NCBI GenBank assembly: GCA_964608675.1
Contig: CAZSOZ010000002.1
Location: 160,001 to 224,000 of the forward strand
DNA: 64,000 nt
Direction of reading: 5' to 3'
From: an uncultured archaeon
Lineage (GTDB): Archaea; Iainarchaeota; Iainarchaeia; Iainarchaeales; 1-14-0-10-31-34
The number at the start of each line of letters is the position of its first letter. Position 1 is the first letter of the stretch. Under the pieces are notes generated by a model. It made no database searches, was not told the DNA's origin, and saw nothing but the letters and a program-made list of their open reading frames with translations. Position numbers and translations under genes: made by a program. Shown in pieces: positions 1 through 10,153 of the stretch.

Positions 1-222
1 AAAACCTAAAATATAGGCCATGTCAGAAGTCCAAACTTTAAAAAACTCTTCATTGACTGAATTCTTTTCAATGAATAAACCTAATTCTTGACACCACCTG
101 TTTATTGTAGTGCTGCCAACCCTTAATTCTTGTGCTATTTGTCTATTAGAAAGTTTTCCGAAATTTGACTTAATAAAAGACAGCATTTTTTTCTTTTCAG
201 ATTGTTGGATTATGGCACCCAC
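1..222 (-). CDS. Partial HTH + LAGLIDADG-family endonuclease-like protein; runs off the left window edge
   Basis: Not in the ORF track. My translation of the minus strand from GTG 222 (or ATG 186) is open to position 1: ...KLSNRQIAQELRVGSTTINRWCQELG (HTH) then VNEEFFKVWTSDMAYILGF, the typical lead-in to a first LAGLIDADG motif. Confidence 0.7.
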   Translation of the reverse strand, partial: MGAIIQQSEKKKMLSFIKSNFGKLSNRQIAQELRVGSTTINRWCQELGLFIEKNSVNEEFFKVWTSDMAYILGF

Positions 223-391
223 AAAATAATCACAGTAATGTGATGGATGAACCTTATTAAAAATACATTGTTCTGAAAAACTAGTTTGGAAAGAAATATC
301 AGGAAACATTACAATAACAAAAAAAGCAGAGATAGCTTTAAAAGAATAATTTTAGAACAAAATATTCTTATACGAATAAAGTGTTTTTTTT

Positions 392-940
392 ATGCTTCCT
401 GAATTAAGAGAAATCAAAATAAGAAGAAAAGAACTGGGATTAACCCAAAAAAAACTCTCTGAAAAAAGCAAAGTGCCTCAATCAGTTATCGCAAAAATTG
501 AAACCCAAAAAATTCTGCCATCATATGAAAGTGCAAAAAGAATTTTTGACGTGCTTGACACAGAAACAAAAAAAGAACAAACAGCAAAAAACATTATGAC
601 AAAAAAAATTATTTCTATTCCTGAAAAAGAAAAAGTAGCTTATGCAATTCATTTAATGAACAAATACGGCATAAGCCAGCTTCCTGTTTTAAGAAAAAAA
701 ATTCCTGTAGGAACAATAACAGAAAAAACAATTATAGAAAAAATAGGTTCAGGGAAAATCAGCAGTACAGGAAAAATTTCAGAAATAATGGAAGAATCTC
801 TTCCTATAATTGAATCGAATTCAAAGCTTGAAGCAGTTTCTTCAATGCTCAAATACTATCCAGCAGTATTAGTAAAAAAAGAAGACGAATTAAAAGGAAT
901 TATCACCAGAACAAACATTCTGAAAAAAACCATTAAATAA
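392..940 (+). CDS. XRE-type HTH + CBS-pair transcriptional regulator
   Basis: N-terminal RKELGLTQKKLSEKSKVPQSVIAKIE HTH; CBS motifs ISQLPV...VGTIT and LKGIITRTNIL. Confidence 0.9.
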   Translation: MLPELREIKIRRKELGLTQKKLSEKSKVPQSVIAKIETQKILPSYESAKRIFDVLDTETKKEQTAKNIMTKKIISIPEKEKVAYAIHLMNKYGISQLPVLRKKIPVGTITEKTIIEKIGSGKISSTGKISEIMEESLPIIESNSKLEAVSSMLKYYPAVLVKKEDELKGIITRTNILKKTIK

Positions 941-1036
941 AAGAAAAAAAGGCTTTTTTTAGGATTCAGTTATATTTAAATATTTGTTTTAACTCTATAG
1001 TAATAACATTATATACATAAATTGTTGTGGAATTCA

Positions 1037-1591
1037 ATGAACTCAAAATTAATTATTTTTTCAGCGGCATTCTTGTTTTTTTCATTAAATATACATGCTT
1101 TAAACGTTGATTTACCTAATTCTATTACTTTTTTTGAAGAAGCAAGAAGCATTAATTTTGAAGTAGAAAATGTTTCCGGAAAAACACAGGAATTAAACAT
1201 TGAAGTTTTTGCTCCAATTGCATTTGAAATAAAAGGAGAAAAACAATTCCTTGAAAACGGAGAAACTGCTTTTATTGAATTAACTTTTTTTCCTCAAGAC
1301 AAATATCTGAATTCTGTTTATGAATCAACTGTTTTAATTAAATTAGGAAGAGAAATACAAAAAGAAAAAATTCCATTATATTTTGAAGAAAAAATAGAAG
1401 AAAAAAGAGAAGAAACAGAAGAACAAAAAGAAACATTCAATCCTGTGACTGCTACAGGAAACATTTTTTTGGCAGGAATAACTGAATTTCTTAATCCAAT
1501 TAATTTTATTTTAACTATTATTGCAGCAATACTGCTTGTATTATTTATTTCAAGGCTTACAAAAAGACTAAACAAGGAGGAAATCAAATGA
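1037..1591 (+). CDS. Secreted, C-terminally membrane-anchored protein with one Ig-like domain
   Basis: Signal peptide MNSKLIIFSAAFLFFSLNIHA, beta-rich body, C-terminal TM and basic tail; overlaps the next start (ATGA). Start chosen at ATG 1037. Confidence 0.75.
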   Translation: MNSKLIIFSAAFLFFSLNIHALNVDLPNSITFFEEARSINFEVENVSGKTQELNIEVFAPIAFEIKGEKQFLENGETAFIELTFFPQDKYLNSVYESTVLIKLGREIQKEKIPLYFEEKIEEKREETEEQKETFNPVTATGNIFLAGITEFLNPINFILTIIAAILLVLFISRLTKRLNKEEIK

Positions 1592-3369
1592 AACACTTAA
1601 TTACAGTAATAGCATTAATACTGGTTTTATCAGGAGCACAAGGATTAATTCAGCCCGAAAAAAGCGAGATAAGCATTTCTGCAAAAGAAGTTTTTTCTCT
1701 GCCAATAAAAATAAAAAACGAGTCAAACGAAAAAAAATTAATTCATTTGATTTCAAAAGGTCCTTTAAAAACTGAATTCAGGGCAAACGATTTTTATTTG
1801 AATGCAGGAGAACAAACAGAAATTGCTTTGGATATTTTTCCTTCATTTAAATCAGAAACTTATTTTATTGAATTAAGAATGGAAGCAGACGAAATAACAG
1901 AATACTCTGGACTAACAGTTAATACATGGTTTGCTTCAGAAGAAATACAATTAAAATATTACAGGCAGAATATATGCAGGAACCGACTTGACAAAATAAG
2001 CTTGTTTGTTAAAAACACTTCATCTGAATCCAAAAGAATAAAATTAAGCGCTGAAACAAATTTTTTTATGGCAAACATTGAACCTAATGATATTGATTTG
2101 GATGCAGGAGAAGAAAAATTCGTGGAAATAGAAATTCTTTCCAATACTTCAGTTCCTTTAAATAATTATTCAATTGTAGTTTACGCTGAATCCAACAACA
2201 CAATTGTATCAAAAGAAGTTTTCTTTGATTTAGTTGAATGCACTGAAATAAAAAATGAATTCAGGTTAAGTGCACCTGCAAGAATTTCATTAAGAAAAAA
2301 TGAAACAAAAAGAGTTTATTTTACAGTAAAAAACCTTGAAGACAAAGAAAATGAAATACAGTTTGCAGTAAGAAGCAATCTAATAACAGAATTACAGCAA
2401 ACCAAAACAGTTCTGGAGCCGTTTGAATCAAGACAATTTTGGATTGATATTCAAGCATTAAAAAGCAACAAAACAGGAATACACAAAATAGAATTATATG
2501 CCTTCAACCCGTTTTATGAAGAAAGAAAAACATTCAACGCAGAAGTAAGAGGAATTCATGAAATAAAATCTGTTTTATTAAACAACAATATTGAAATTCA
2601 AAGAGGGCATTCAAAAATTTTCACTTTATTAATTGAAAACAAAGGCGATTTCAAAGAAAAAATTGAATTAAATTTCTTTGAACAAGAAAACATTAACCTG
2701 CATTTTTCTGAAACAAGATTTTATTTAAATGAAAAAGAAGCAAAAAAAGTTTATATTTCTGTTAATCCTTCAATTACTTCAAAATTAAAGGATTACAAAA
2801 TCAAAATTAAAGTTAACGGAAAAGAATTATTTTTGAAGTTCAAAGCAATAAAAGAAGAAAAACCTTTGCAGACAGAAGGAATAATTGAATTTTTGTCTGC
2901 ACCTGAAAGAATAACTTTAAACCAAAAACAACAAAAATTAGAGATTGTAATTAAAAACATTTCAGGAGAAAAGATTGAAAACACAGTGTTTTGGATTGAA
3001 GGACTTCCAAAAGGAACAGCTTTTGAATCCAATATAATAAAAGAACTGGAAACAGGAAAAACAAGAACTGCAGGAGGAACCTTATTTTTAACTGAAGACG
3101 CAGTAAAAGGAACCTACAAAATATTTCTTGTAATTGAAGGAAATGAATTCAGGCAAAAAAAACAGGTTTTATTGAATGTACTTGAAGAACCAGAAGAAAA
3201 AGAAACAGAAAAACAAGAAGACAGTTTTTTTGCAGGGCTTGCAGGACTCGCATCACTTGGAACAGAACAATGGATTGGATTAATAATAATTGTCCTGATT
3301 ATAATCATTTTATTATTGAATCCAGGAACCCAAACAAAAAAAGGGAAAAAAACCTGGGTGAACTATTAG
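1588..3369 (+). CDS. Surface protein with repeated Ig-like (NEW3/CARDB-like) domains and C-terminal TM
   Basis: GGAGG RBS, signal peptide, recurring 'I.I.N......I.L' beta-sandwich units, C-terminal TM WIGLIIIVLIIIILLL. Confidence 0.75.
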   Translation: MKHLITVIALILVLSGAQGLIQPEKSEISISAKEVFSLPIKIKNESNEKKLIHLISKGPLKTEFRANDFYLNAGEQTEIALDIFPSFKSETYFIELRMEADEITEYSGLTVNTWFASEEIQLKYYRQNICRNRLDKISLFVKNTSSESKRIKLSAETNFFMANIEPNDIDLDAGEEKFVEIEILSNTSVPLNNYSIVVYAESNNTIVSKEVFFDLVECTEIKNEFRLSAPARISLRKNETKRVYFTVKNLEDKENEIQFAVRSNLITELQQTKTVLEPFESRQFWIDIQALKSNKTGIHKIELYAFNPFYEERKTFNAEVRGIHEIKSVLLNNNIEIQRGHSKIFTLLIENKGDFKEKIELNFFEQENINLHFSETRFYLNEKEAKKVYISVNPSITSKLKDYKIKIKVNGKELFLKFKAIKEEKPLQTEGIIEFLSAPERITLNQKQQKLEIVIKNISGEKIENTVFWIEGLPKGTAFESNIIKELETGKTRTAGGTLFLTEDAVKGTYKIFLVIEGNEFRQKKQVLLNVLEEPEEKETEKQEDSFFAGLAGLASLGTEQWIGLIIIVLIIIILLLNPGTQTKKGKKTWVNY

Positions 3370-3379
3370 GGGGAGTGAA

Positions 3380-5848
3380 ATGAAAAACAAGACTTTAATT
3401 GCATTAGCATTAATTTTTTTGAGTGCAATAGCAAACGCTCATACAATGGAAGGAGACTTCACAGGATTAACTTTTCAAGGGCAGACAATTGAAAGAACAT
3501 TTCTTTTATGCAATACCTTAAACTTTCAGGAAAATTTTAGTTTATCCAGCAACAACGAATGGATGGAAGTAAGGCCTTTAACCGCATCTGTTCCTGCTGA
3601 ATCATGCAAAGAAATTTATGCATTTATTACTCCTTTGCCTTATTCTGAATCAGGAGAATACCAAATAGAAGTAAACGCAGAAGGAGAACATGAAAGCACA
3701 ACAAAAACATTTTATTTAACTGTATTAGAAGGACACAAAATAAAAATTGAATCACAAAACAGCATTACAACAACTCAATGCAAAGAAGAAGTGTTCAACA
3801 TTGAATTAGAAAATACAGGAATATTTGATGAAAGAGCATTATTTTCAGTTCAAGGATTAAACAAAAACTGGTTTGAATTAAGTTCAAAAGAAATTTTTCT
3901 GCCAAAAAATTCAAAAAGAAACCTTGAATTAAATGTATTAATTCCCTGCAATCAGGAAACAAAAAGATATGACTTCACTTTGCAGGCTGAATTAAAAAAC
4001 ACAGGAATAACAAAAGAAAAAAATTTGTCAATTAACGTTGAAAACGCACAGGAAATATTAATTGAAAGCAGGTCATTTAATGCATGCAATGACTTAACTG
4101 CAATAAATTCACTTTCAATTACAAACAAAGGATTAATGCAAGAAGAATTAACTTTACAAATTGAAGGTCCAACCTGGATTAAATTACAGGAAAATTCAAT
4201 GCAATTAGAATCCGGCCAAACAAAAGAAATTCAAATTAAATTCCTTGAAAACAACCAGGAAGAAAAAAATTATTCATTCAAACTAAAAGTTTACTCAGAA
4301 AAATTCAATCAATACTACAAAAAAAACTTTACAGTTAAAGCAGAAAACTGCTTTGATTTAAGCATTGAAAACGGTCAAATGCAGAATTCAGCCTGCATTG
4401 AATCAAATCCAGAAATTTCATATATCCTGAAAAACACTGGAACAAAAAGAATGCTTTTAAAATTAAGAATAGAAGGAATTAAAGCAGAACTAGAAAAAAA
4501 TTCAATTGCCTTAGAGCCAAACCAAAGCACAGAAATAAAAGCGCAATTAGATTTCAGTGCAATTTCAGCAGACCAGCTTAAATTCATTTTAATTGCAGAC
4601 TCAGAAAATTATTCAAACACAAAAGAAAACACAATGCAATTAGAAAACTGCTATGAAATTCAGTCAGTTGTTCCTTCATTAAAAGTATGCAGAGAAGTTC
4701 CATTAAAAAACCAGTTCATTAAAATATCAAACACAGGAACAAAAAAACAGTCTTTTTCACTTGAATCAAATGTTAACTGGATTAATTTAACAGAAAAAAA
4801 CTTTTCACTTGAAGGCGGACAAACAAAAGAAATAGAATTAATTATTATGCCAAAAAAAACATCACAAGAAGAAACTTATGCAGTAAAAACAACCACAGAA
4901 AACAACCAGTATACAATGACAGGAAACATTGAATATTTAGATAAAGAAACCTGCTTTGGATTAAATATGCAAATAACAAAAGAAATAGAAGTCAATGCAG
5001 GAGAAGGAGCAATCACAACCATACAAATAACCAACCAAGGAAAAACATTACAGCACGTAAATTTTTTAGTTGAAAACTATTCATGGGTTTTCTTTAATCC
5101 AAAAAAATTTGATTTAATGGAAGGAGAAACAAAAGAAGTATACGTTTACTTTAATCCTCCCTTTGATTTTGAACAAGAAAAAGTTTCAGTTCAAGTAAAA
5201 GCAATAACAAACTATGATTTTTTAGTTCAAAAAGCAGTCAAAGTAATTGTTTCAGGAGGAAGCGTGATACTGACAATTGATCCAGAAAACATAAACGTTT
5301 CTCCAACAGAAATAGGAACAGAAGATACAAACGAAAACAAAATTGAAATCACAATACAATTAGAAAACAATACAGAAGCAAACATGAAAATACTAGATGT
5401 AAAAACAAATTACCCTAAATCAAATTACTTTATTAAAGAACCAGTAATCAAAAAACAAACTACAGGAGAAATAATTCTAATTTTTGTTGCAAACCAAAAA
5501 CTTGAATTAAAAGGATTAGAAGTGCCAATAGAAATAGTTACAGACAAAGGCACATACTATAAAGTAGTTCAACTGCCAAAAGAAACAGAAAAAACAGAAG
5601 ACGGAGAAGAAACCACTGGATTTATTTTATTCGGAGAAGATGAATACATTTTAGTTATTCTGATTGTATTAATTGTAATTCTCATAATACTAGCTGCAGT
5701 CAGAAGCGACAAAGAAGAAACAGAAGAACAAATAGTGGATTATTCCCCTGAACAAGATTTTCAAAAAGAAATCAAATCAATAGTAACCAAAAAACCAGAA
5801 AAAAAGAAAACCAAAAAGAAAACCAAAAAAACAAAAAAGAAAAAATAA
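3380..5848 (+). CDS. Large surface protein with Cys-linked Ig-like repeats, C-terminal TM and Lys-rich tail
   Basis: Signal peptide; repeated 'I.N(T/K/Q)G....F.L....WI.L' units with ENC(F/Y) junctions; TM ILVILIVLIVILIILAAV; KKKTKKKTKK tail. Confidence 0.75.
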   Translation: MKNKTLIALALIFLSAIANAHTMEGDFTGLTFQGQTIERTFLLCNTLNFQENFSLSSNNEWMEVRPLTASVPAESCKEIYAFITPLPYSESGEYQIEVNAEGEHESTTKTFYLTVLEGHKIKIESQNSITTTQCKEEVFNIELENTGIFDERALFSVQGLNKNWFELSSKEIFLPKNSKRNLELNVLIPCNQETKRYDFTLQAELKNTGITKEKNLSINVENAQEILIESRSFNACNDLTAINSLSITNKGLMQEELTLQIEGPTWIKLQENSMQLESGQTKEIQIKFLENNQEEKNYSFKLKVYSEKFNQYYKKNFTVKAENCFDLSIENGQMQNSACIESNPEISYILKNTGTKRMLLKLRIEGIKAELEKNSIALEPNQSTEIKAQLDFSAISADQLKFILIADSENYSNTKENTMQLENCYEIQSVVPSLKVCREVPLKNQFIKISNTGTKKQSFSLESNVNWINLTEKNFSLEGGQTKEIELIIMPKKTSQEETYAVKTTTENNQYTMTGNIEYLDKETCFGLNMQITKEIEVNAGEGAITTIQITNQGKTLQHVNFLVENYSWVFFNPKKFDLMEGETKEVYVYFNPPFDFEQEKVSVQVKAITNYDFLVQKAVKVIVSGGSVILTIDPENINVSPTEIGTEDTNENKIEITIQLENNTEANMKILDVKTNYPKSNYFIKEPVIKKQTTGEIILIFVANQKLELKGLEVPIEIVTDKGTYYKVVQLPKETEKTEDGEETTGFILFGEDEYILVILIVLIVILIILAAVRSDKEETEEQIVDYSPEQDFQKEIKSIVTKKPEKKKTKKKTKKTKKKK

Positions 5849-5850
5849 AA

Positions 5851-6576
5851 TTAAATTAAATCAGACAAATAATCTGCAATAAAAGGGCTTTCAATAAAGA
5901 TTGCCTTTTCATTGTCTTCTTTTTTTTCATTCAAAAACAACAAAACTTTCTGTCTGTCAAAAACAATAAACCTTGCTTTTGCTTTGGATTTAACTGCATT
6001 AAATTCCCTTAATTTTTTATGCAAAGAATCTTTATCAAAAGAATTCAAAGCAAATTTAACTTCAACACCCTTAGATTTTAAAGCCTTTAATTTCGAAGAG
6101 AAAGCATTAATTTTCTTTAAAGCATTCTCTTCAGAAGTAGAAATTATAATGCTTTCCTTTGCATTTTTAAGTGAATCAGCTATTATGTTGTTTATTTGGT
6201 TGCTGGAAACACTCCAGACTCCAGAAAAAGAATTGTTTTCTTCTGTTTTTGAATTAAATTTTTTTTTGAGTTCTTCCTTTAAAGAACACATTTCATTTAA
6301 TTCTCTTTCAAAAGAATTCCTTTTCTGTTTTTCATAATTAACTAAAGCTTTTTCAGGCTGAACTGCTTTAAATGAAACAGGTCTTCCAACTGAAACCATA
6401 ACAAAGCCTTTTTTTTCCAAAGACATTAAAACATCATAAACTCTTGCTCTAGGAATTCCTGCTTTTCTGCTTATTTCAGAAGCAGTGGATTCACTTGATT
6501 GATTCAAAGAAGAATACACTCTTGATTCATATTCATTTAATCCAAGCCTTTTAAGCAAAGCAATCAGTTCAGCCAA
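5851..6576 (-). CDS. TrmB-family transcriptional regulator
   Basis: LKRLGLNEYESRVY...EISRKAGIPRARVYDVLMSLEKKGFV...GRP TrmB wHTH and a PLD-like C-terminal part; probable TTG start at 6576. Confidence 0.9.
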   Translation of the reverse strand: MAELIALLKRLGLNEYESRVYSSLNQSSESTASEISRKAGIPRARVYDVLMSLEKKGFVMVSVGRPVSFKAVQPEKALVNYEKQKRNSFERELNEMCSLKEELKKKFNSKTEENNSFSGVWSVSSNQINNIIADSLKNAKESIIISTSEENALKKINAFSSKLKALKSKGVEVKFALNSFDKDSLHKKLREFNAVKSKAKARFIVFDRQKVLLFLNEKKEDNEKAIFIESPFIADYLSDLI

Positions 6577-6703
6577 AACAAAAAACCCCAAAAAAACCTT
6601 TCTCAAAAAAGGTTTAACAAAAATTCAGTTGAATAAATAAAGGTGTTTTGCTTTAAATTCTTTTCTGTACGCTTTCAAAAAAAAATAAGCAAAAAAAAAC
6701 ATT

Positions 6704-9700
6704 TTATTCAAAAATTCCAGAAACAAACTTGTAGTCAACACAAGCAAGGCATTCCCTTATTGTCTTACATGTCTCGCATGCTTCAATTACAGTTATTTCT
6801 TCCACAGGCTTTACAGAAACCACCTTAGTTTCCGTTGGCTTGCAGTAATCTTCTCCTAATTCATTTTTTCTTCCATAATTTTCAGTGAAAATTCTAAACC
6901 AAGCCAAAACTTTTGCAGTATAATCCCCTGCTTTTCCTAATGAAGTGCATCCAGCTGAACTAGAATTATATCTTGCAACAGTAATTGCATTCTTCCAAGT
7001 TGCTTTAGCAGAAGCAGTTGAAGGCAAAACAGTATTTAATTCACTATCACAGGCAGATTCAAATTTTTCTTCTAATTCCCTAAAGTATGTGGTTCCTGCT
7101 TCAATGTTTTTTTCTGAGTTTTTCCATGTTCCATTTTCTTTCCAGTCTAAACCAAAAATATCGCTCCAATTATCCAAATTGTCTTCATACAACTGCATTA
7201 AACCATAAGACTTTTTTGTTCCTTCATCCCCCACTGCTTCAGGATCAAAACTGCTTTCAGCATAAATTATTGCTCTGATTAAATCAGCATCAATTTCATA
7301 TTTTTCTGCATACTTGTTTATTTCTGATTCAAAATCCCTTGCATCCTGCATTGCATTAACACATTCAGTACTTTGTTTTCCTGTCCTGACTGTTGTTTTC
7401 TTTTCTGAAACCTGTGCCTCAAAAACAACTGTTTCTTTTTTTCCTTCACTTAAAACAACCGAAGATTTATCAGGCTTAAAATTATAAATATAAACAGTTC
7501 CTTCAACTATAATGCTCTCAATATTTATTTTTTCTGCATCAACATTAATCACATCTCCCATAGTATTGCACACAGATTTTCCTTTACAAATCTCTTCCCT
7601 GATTTTGTCTTCTGCTTTGTTTTTTATGTCTTCAGGAACAACACAGCTGTCTTCATCAGGTTTAACACAAAGTGTTTTAATCTGAACATCAAGTTCTGCC
7701 AAAACAGGCTCTGGTTCAGAGGAAAGCCTTACTTCAATTGAAGCCGCCTCAAAATTTGGTTCAGAAAAAGTTCCCCCTAAAATTTCTTTTCCGTCAGAAG
7801 AATAACCAATTAAATCGCATTTGCTATCTCCTGTCTTGTCCTGACAGACAAAAAACTGAAGAGTGCTTCCGTCCCAGTTATTAACCGTAATTTTCATTTG
7901 CTCATTTAAAGGAAAAGATTTAACTGAAAAAGTTTTTCCGTTCTCTATTTCACTGAAATCAAATTCAAGCAAGCCGTCAATGTTTGGATAAATTGAAGTA
8001 AAATTTGTTTTTGTGGTTTCAGGAATTATTACTTTTCCTGTTTCTCCAACTGAAAAGAACGCTTGTCTGTCATTTTCATAGTTTTCCAAAAGAATTTCAA
8101 TTGTTTGTGTTTCTTTTGGCAATTCAACGTAATAAGAAGGAACTCCTTTCAGTTTAGTAACAGTTTTATTGTTAACCGACTTAACCTGCAGGTTTTCATA
8201 AACTGCAGGATTCTCCCTGCTTAAATTCTTAAAAAACAGCAGTTTTTCTCCGGTTTTAGATTTATCTAAAACAGAACTGCTTTTACCAAACACAACATCT
8301 TTCAAATCAATTTCTGAAACAGTTTCATCAATTAATTTATTTGTACGACTATAATACCCCCACAATCTTGTTTTTTCTGAAAACAAAATAAAAAAATCAT
8401 ATTTTTTTCCTTTAGTTAATTCAACAGTAAAACTGTTTTCCTTTTCATTTTTTTCAATAACAGTAAAATCACTTTTGCTTTCAGCGCTATCAACAAAAAC
8501 AATTTGCTCCCAATTAAGAGAATCCAACAAATCAAAATTATTTTTTCCGACAAATACTTTTACTTTAAATTTTTCTGTTGGAATAACTGTTTTTATAACA
8601 TTTTCAGGAATAACAACAGTATTTTCAGTGATTTTTTCTTCAAAAGCATTAGTCAAATAACTTTCTAAAATCTTTATTTTATAAGAATCTGCAATACCAG
8701 AAACTTTCACAGGAGAAACAATTAAATTTTCTTTTTCAGAACAAAAAGTGTTTTCCTGAAAATTACACCATTTATTCATTCCATACAATTCATTCAAGTA
8801 TTCTTCTGCAAAACCGCCTTTTCTTGCAGACAAAAATTCAGCTTCAATTTTATTTCCAGAATCATCCACTACAATAGATTCAGTTCCTGCTTGATTTAAT
8901 GCACTAAACACATCAGAAGTCATAACTAAATCAAATTTAAATGAATCAAAATCAAATTGTGTGTCCTGCAAATCAATTTGAGTTGGCTGGGTTTCAACAA
9001 CAAATTTTTCTGACACCCATTCAGGGCAGTCGGAATCAAAAACTCCCGGTTTAATACAATATTTTGGCTGAACTTTAACTTTGTATTCTCCCTGCTGGAC
9101 TTCAGCCAAAAGAGTTTCGCCTGACTGAATTAACTCTGTATTTGTTTCTTGTTCTTCAGGCATTTCCAGCAAACTGAAATCCAGTTTGCTTAAATCAGCT
9201 TCTGAATACTTTAAAGCAGGATACAATAAAAGCGTTCTTTGGTTTGTTTTTTTCATTCTGCTTAAAACATTTTGTTTTGAAGGCGGTTTACTCAAAGAAT
9301 CAATTAAATGAGGTTTAACTGAAAAATTAACAAGGTTTGCAGAACCATACCAAGAATAAACAATAAAATCATCTGTTAAAATTAAAGCTTTTCCAAAAAA
9401 ATCTGTATTTTCTTTGTAATTGGGAATAAAACTGAATTCAAGAGAAGGAATTTTTTTGTAAACATCTTCTCCAAAATTAAAAACATAAAAAGGCAATCCT
9501 TCAAGCTTTAATTCTTTTTCAGAAAAATTAAAAGTGAATTTGTTTTCTTCAGAATTCAAAGCCAAAGGAAATTCCTTTAATCTTTCACTGTATTCTATAC
9601 TAAAAGAAACATTCCTATTATCTGAATCAACAGAAACAACAGTAATTTTTATTTGGGCTCCAAACAAATCTTCAGAAGAACATGATTTGCTTTGTCCTTC

Positions 9701-10153
9701 AGAAATTTCCAGTGCAGAATCACTTAAAAATCCTTGATCGCAGTCAAAAACAATCATTCGGCTTTTAGATGAAATATAACTGAATTCAGGAACAAAACCA
9801 ACCAAAAATTCTGCTTCTGAACCACTAACAGAATTCACAGCAACCCAATAAGGAGAAAATTCATTTTCATTTTTTATTAACCTGTAAGCTCTTCCAGCAG
9901 GAACATTCAGCAAAACAGTGTTATTGTTTTCAAAATAATATTGTTCTGCAAAAGAAGCCTGATAAGAAGCAAGAGAAAAAGCAGTTCCTGCATTCTTCAA
10001 TAAAGTATCTGAAATAATTCCTGCAGAAACATCAGGTTTAATTTGAGCTTGACCTAAAGAATCATAATAAAAAACATTTGAATAAACTTCAGAAAAAACA
10101 ATTGAAGAAAACAAAACCAAAAACAAAACAAACACAATTTTTTTCATCAGCAT
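6704..10153 (-). CDS. Large secreted protein with a C-terminal lytic transglycosylase (SLT) domain
   Basis: Signal peptide MKKIVFVLFLVLFSSIVFS. SLT motifs: INKYAEKYEIDADLIRAIIYAESSFDPEA (catalytic Glu), SYGLMQL, NIEAGTTYF, ARYNS, YTAKV. C-terminal CxxC-x5-CxxC. Confidence 0.85.
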   Translation of the reverse strand: MLMKKIVFVLFLVLFSSIVFSEVYSNVFYYDSLGQAQIKPDVSAGIISDTLLKNAGTAFSLASYQASFAEQYYFENNNTVLLNVPAGRAYRLIKNENEFSPYWVAVNSVSGSEAEFLVGFVPEFSYISSKSRMIVFDCDQGFLSDSALEISEGQSKSCSSEDLFGAQIKITVVSVDSDNRNVSFSIEYSERLKEFPLALNSEENKFTFNFSEKELKLEGLPFYVFNFGEDVYKKIPSLEFSFIPNYKENTDFFGKALILTDDFIVYSWYGSANLVNFSVKPHLIDSLSKPPSKQNVLSRMKKTNQRTLLLYPALKYSEADLSKLDFSLLEMPEEQETNTELIQSGETLLAEVQQGEYKVKVQPKYCIKPGVFDSDCPEWVSEKFVVETQPTQIDLQDTQFDFDSFKFDLVMTSDVFSALNQAGTESIVVDDSGNKIEAEFLSARKGGFAEEYLNELYGMNKWCNFQENTFCSEKENLIVSPVKVSGIADSYKIKILESYLTNAFEEKITENTVVIPENVIKTVIPTEKFKVKVFVGKNNFDLLDSLNWEQIVFVDSAESKSDFTVIEKNEKENSFTVELTKGKKYDFFILFSEKTRLWGYYSRTNKLIDETVSEIDLKDVVFGKSSSVLDKSKTGEKLLFFKNLSRENPAVYENLQVKSVNNKTVTKLKGVPSYYVELPKETQTIEILLENYENDRQAFFSVGETGKVIIPETTKTNFTSIYPNIDGLLEFDFSEIENGKTFSVKSFPLNEQMKITVNNWDGSTLQFFVCQDKTGDSKCDLIGYSSDGKEILGGTFSEPNFEAASIEVRLSSEPEPVLAELDVQIKTLCVKPDEDSCVVPEDIKNKAEDKIREEICKGKSVCNTMGDVINVDAEKINIESIIVEGTVYIYNFKPDKSSVVLSEGKKETVVFEAQVSEKKTTVRTGKQSTECVNAMQDARDFESEINKYAEKYEIDADLIRAIIYAESSFDPEAVGDEGTKKSYGLMQLYEDNLDNWSDIFGLDWKENGTWKNSEKNIEAGTTYFRELEEKFESACDSELNTVLPSTASAKATWKNAITVARYNSSSAGCTSLGKAGDYTAKVLAWFRIFTENYGRKNELGEDYCKPTETKVVSVKPVEEITVIEACETCKTIRECLACVDYKFVSGIFE

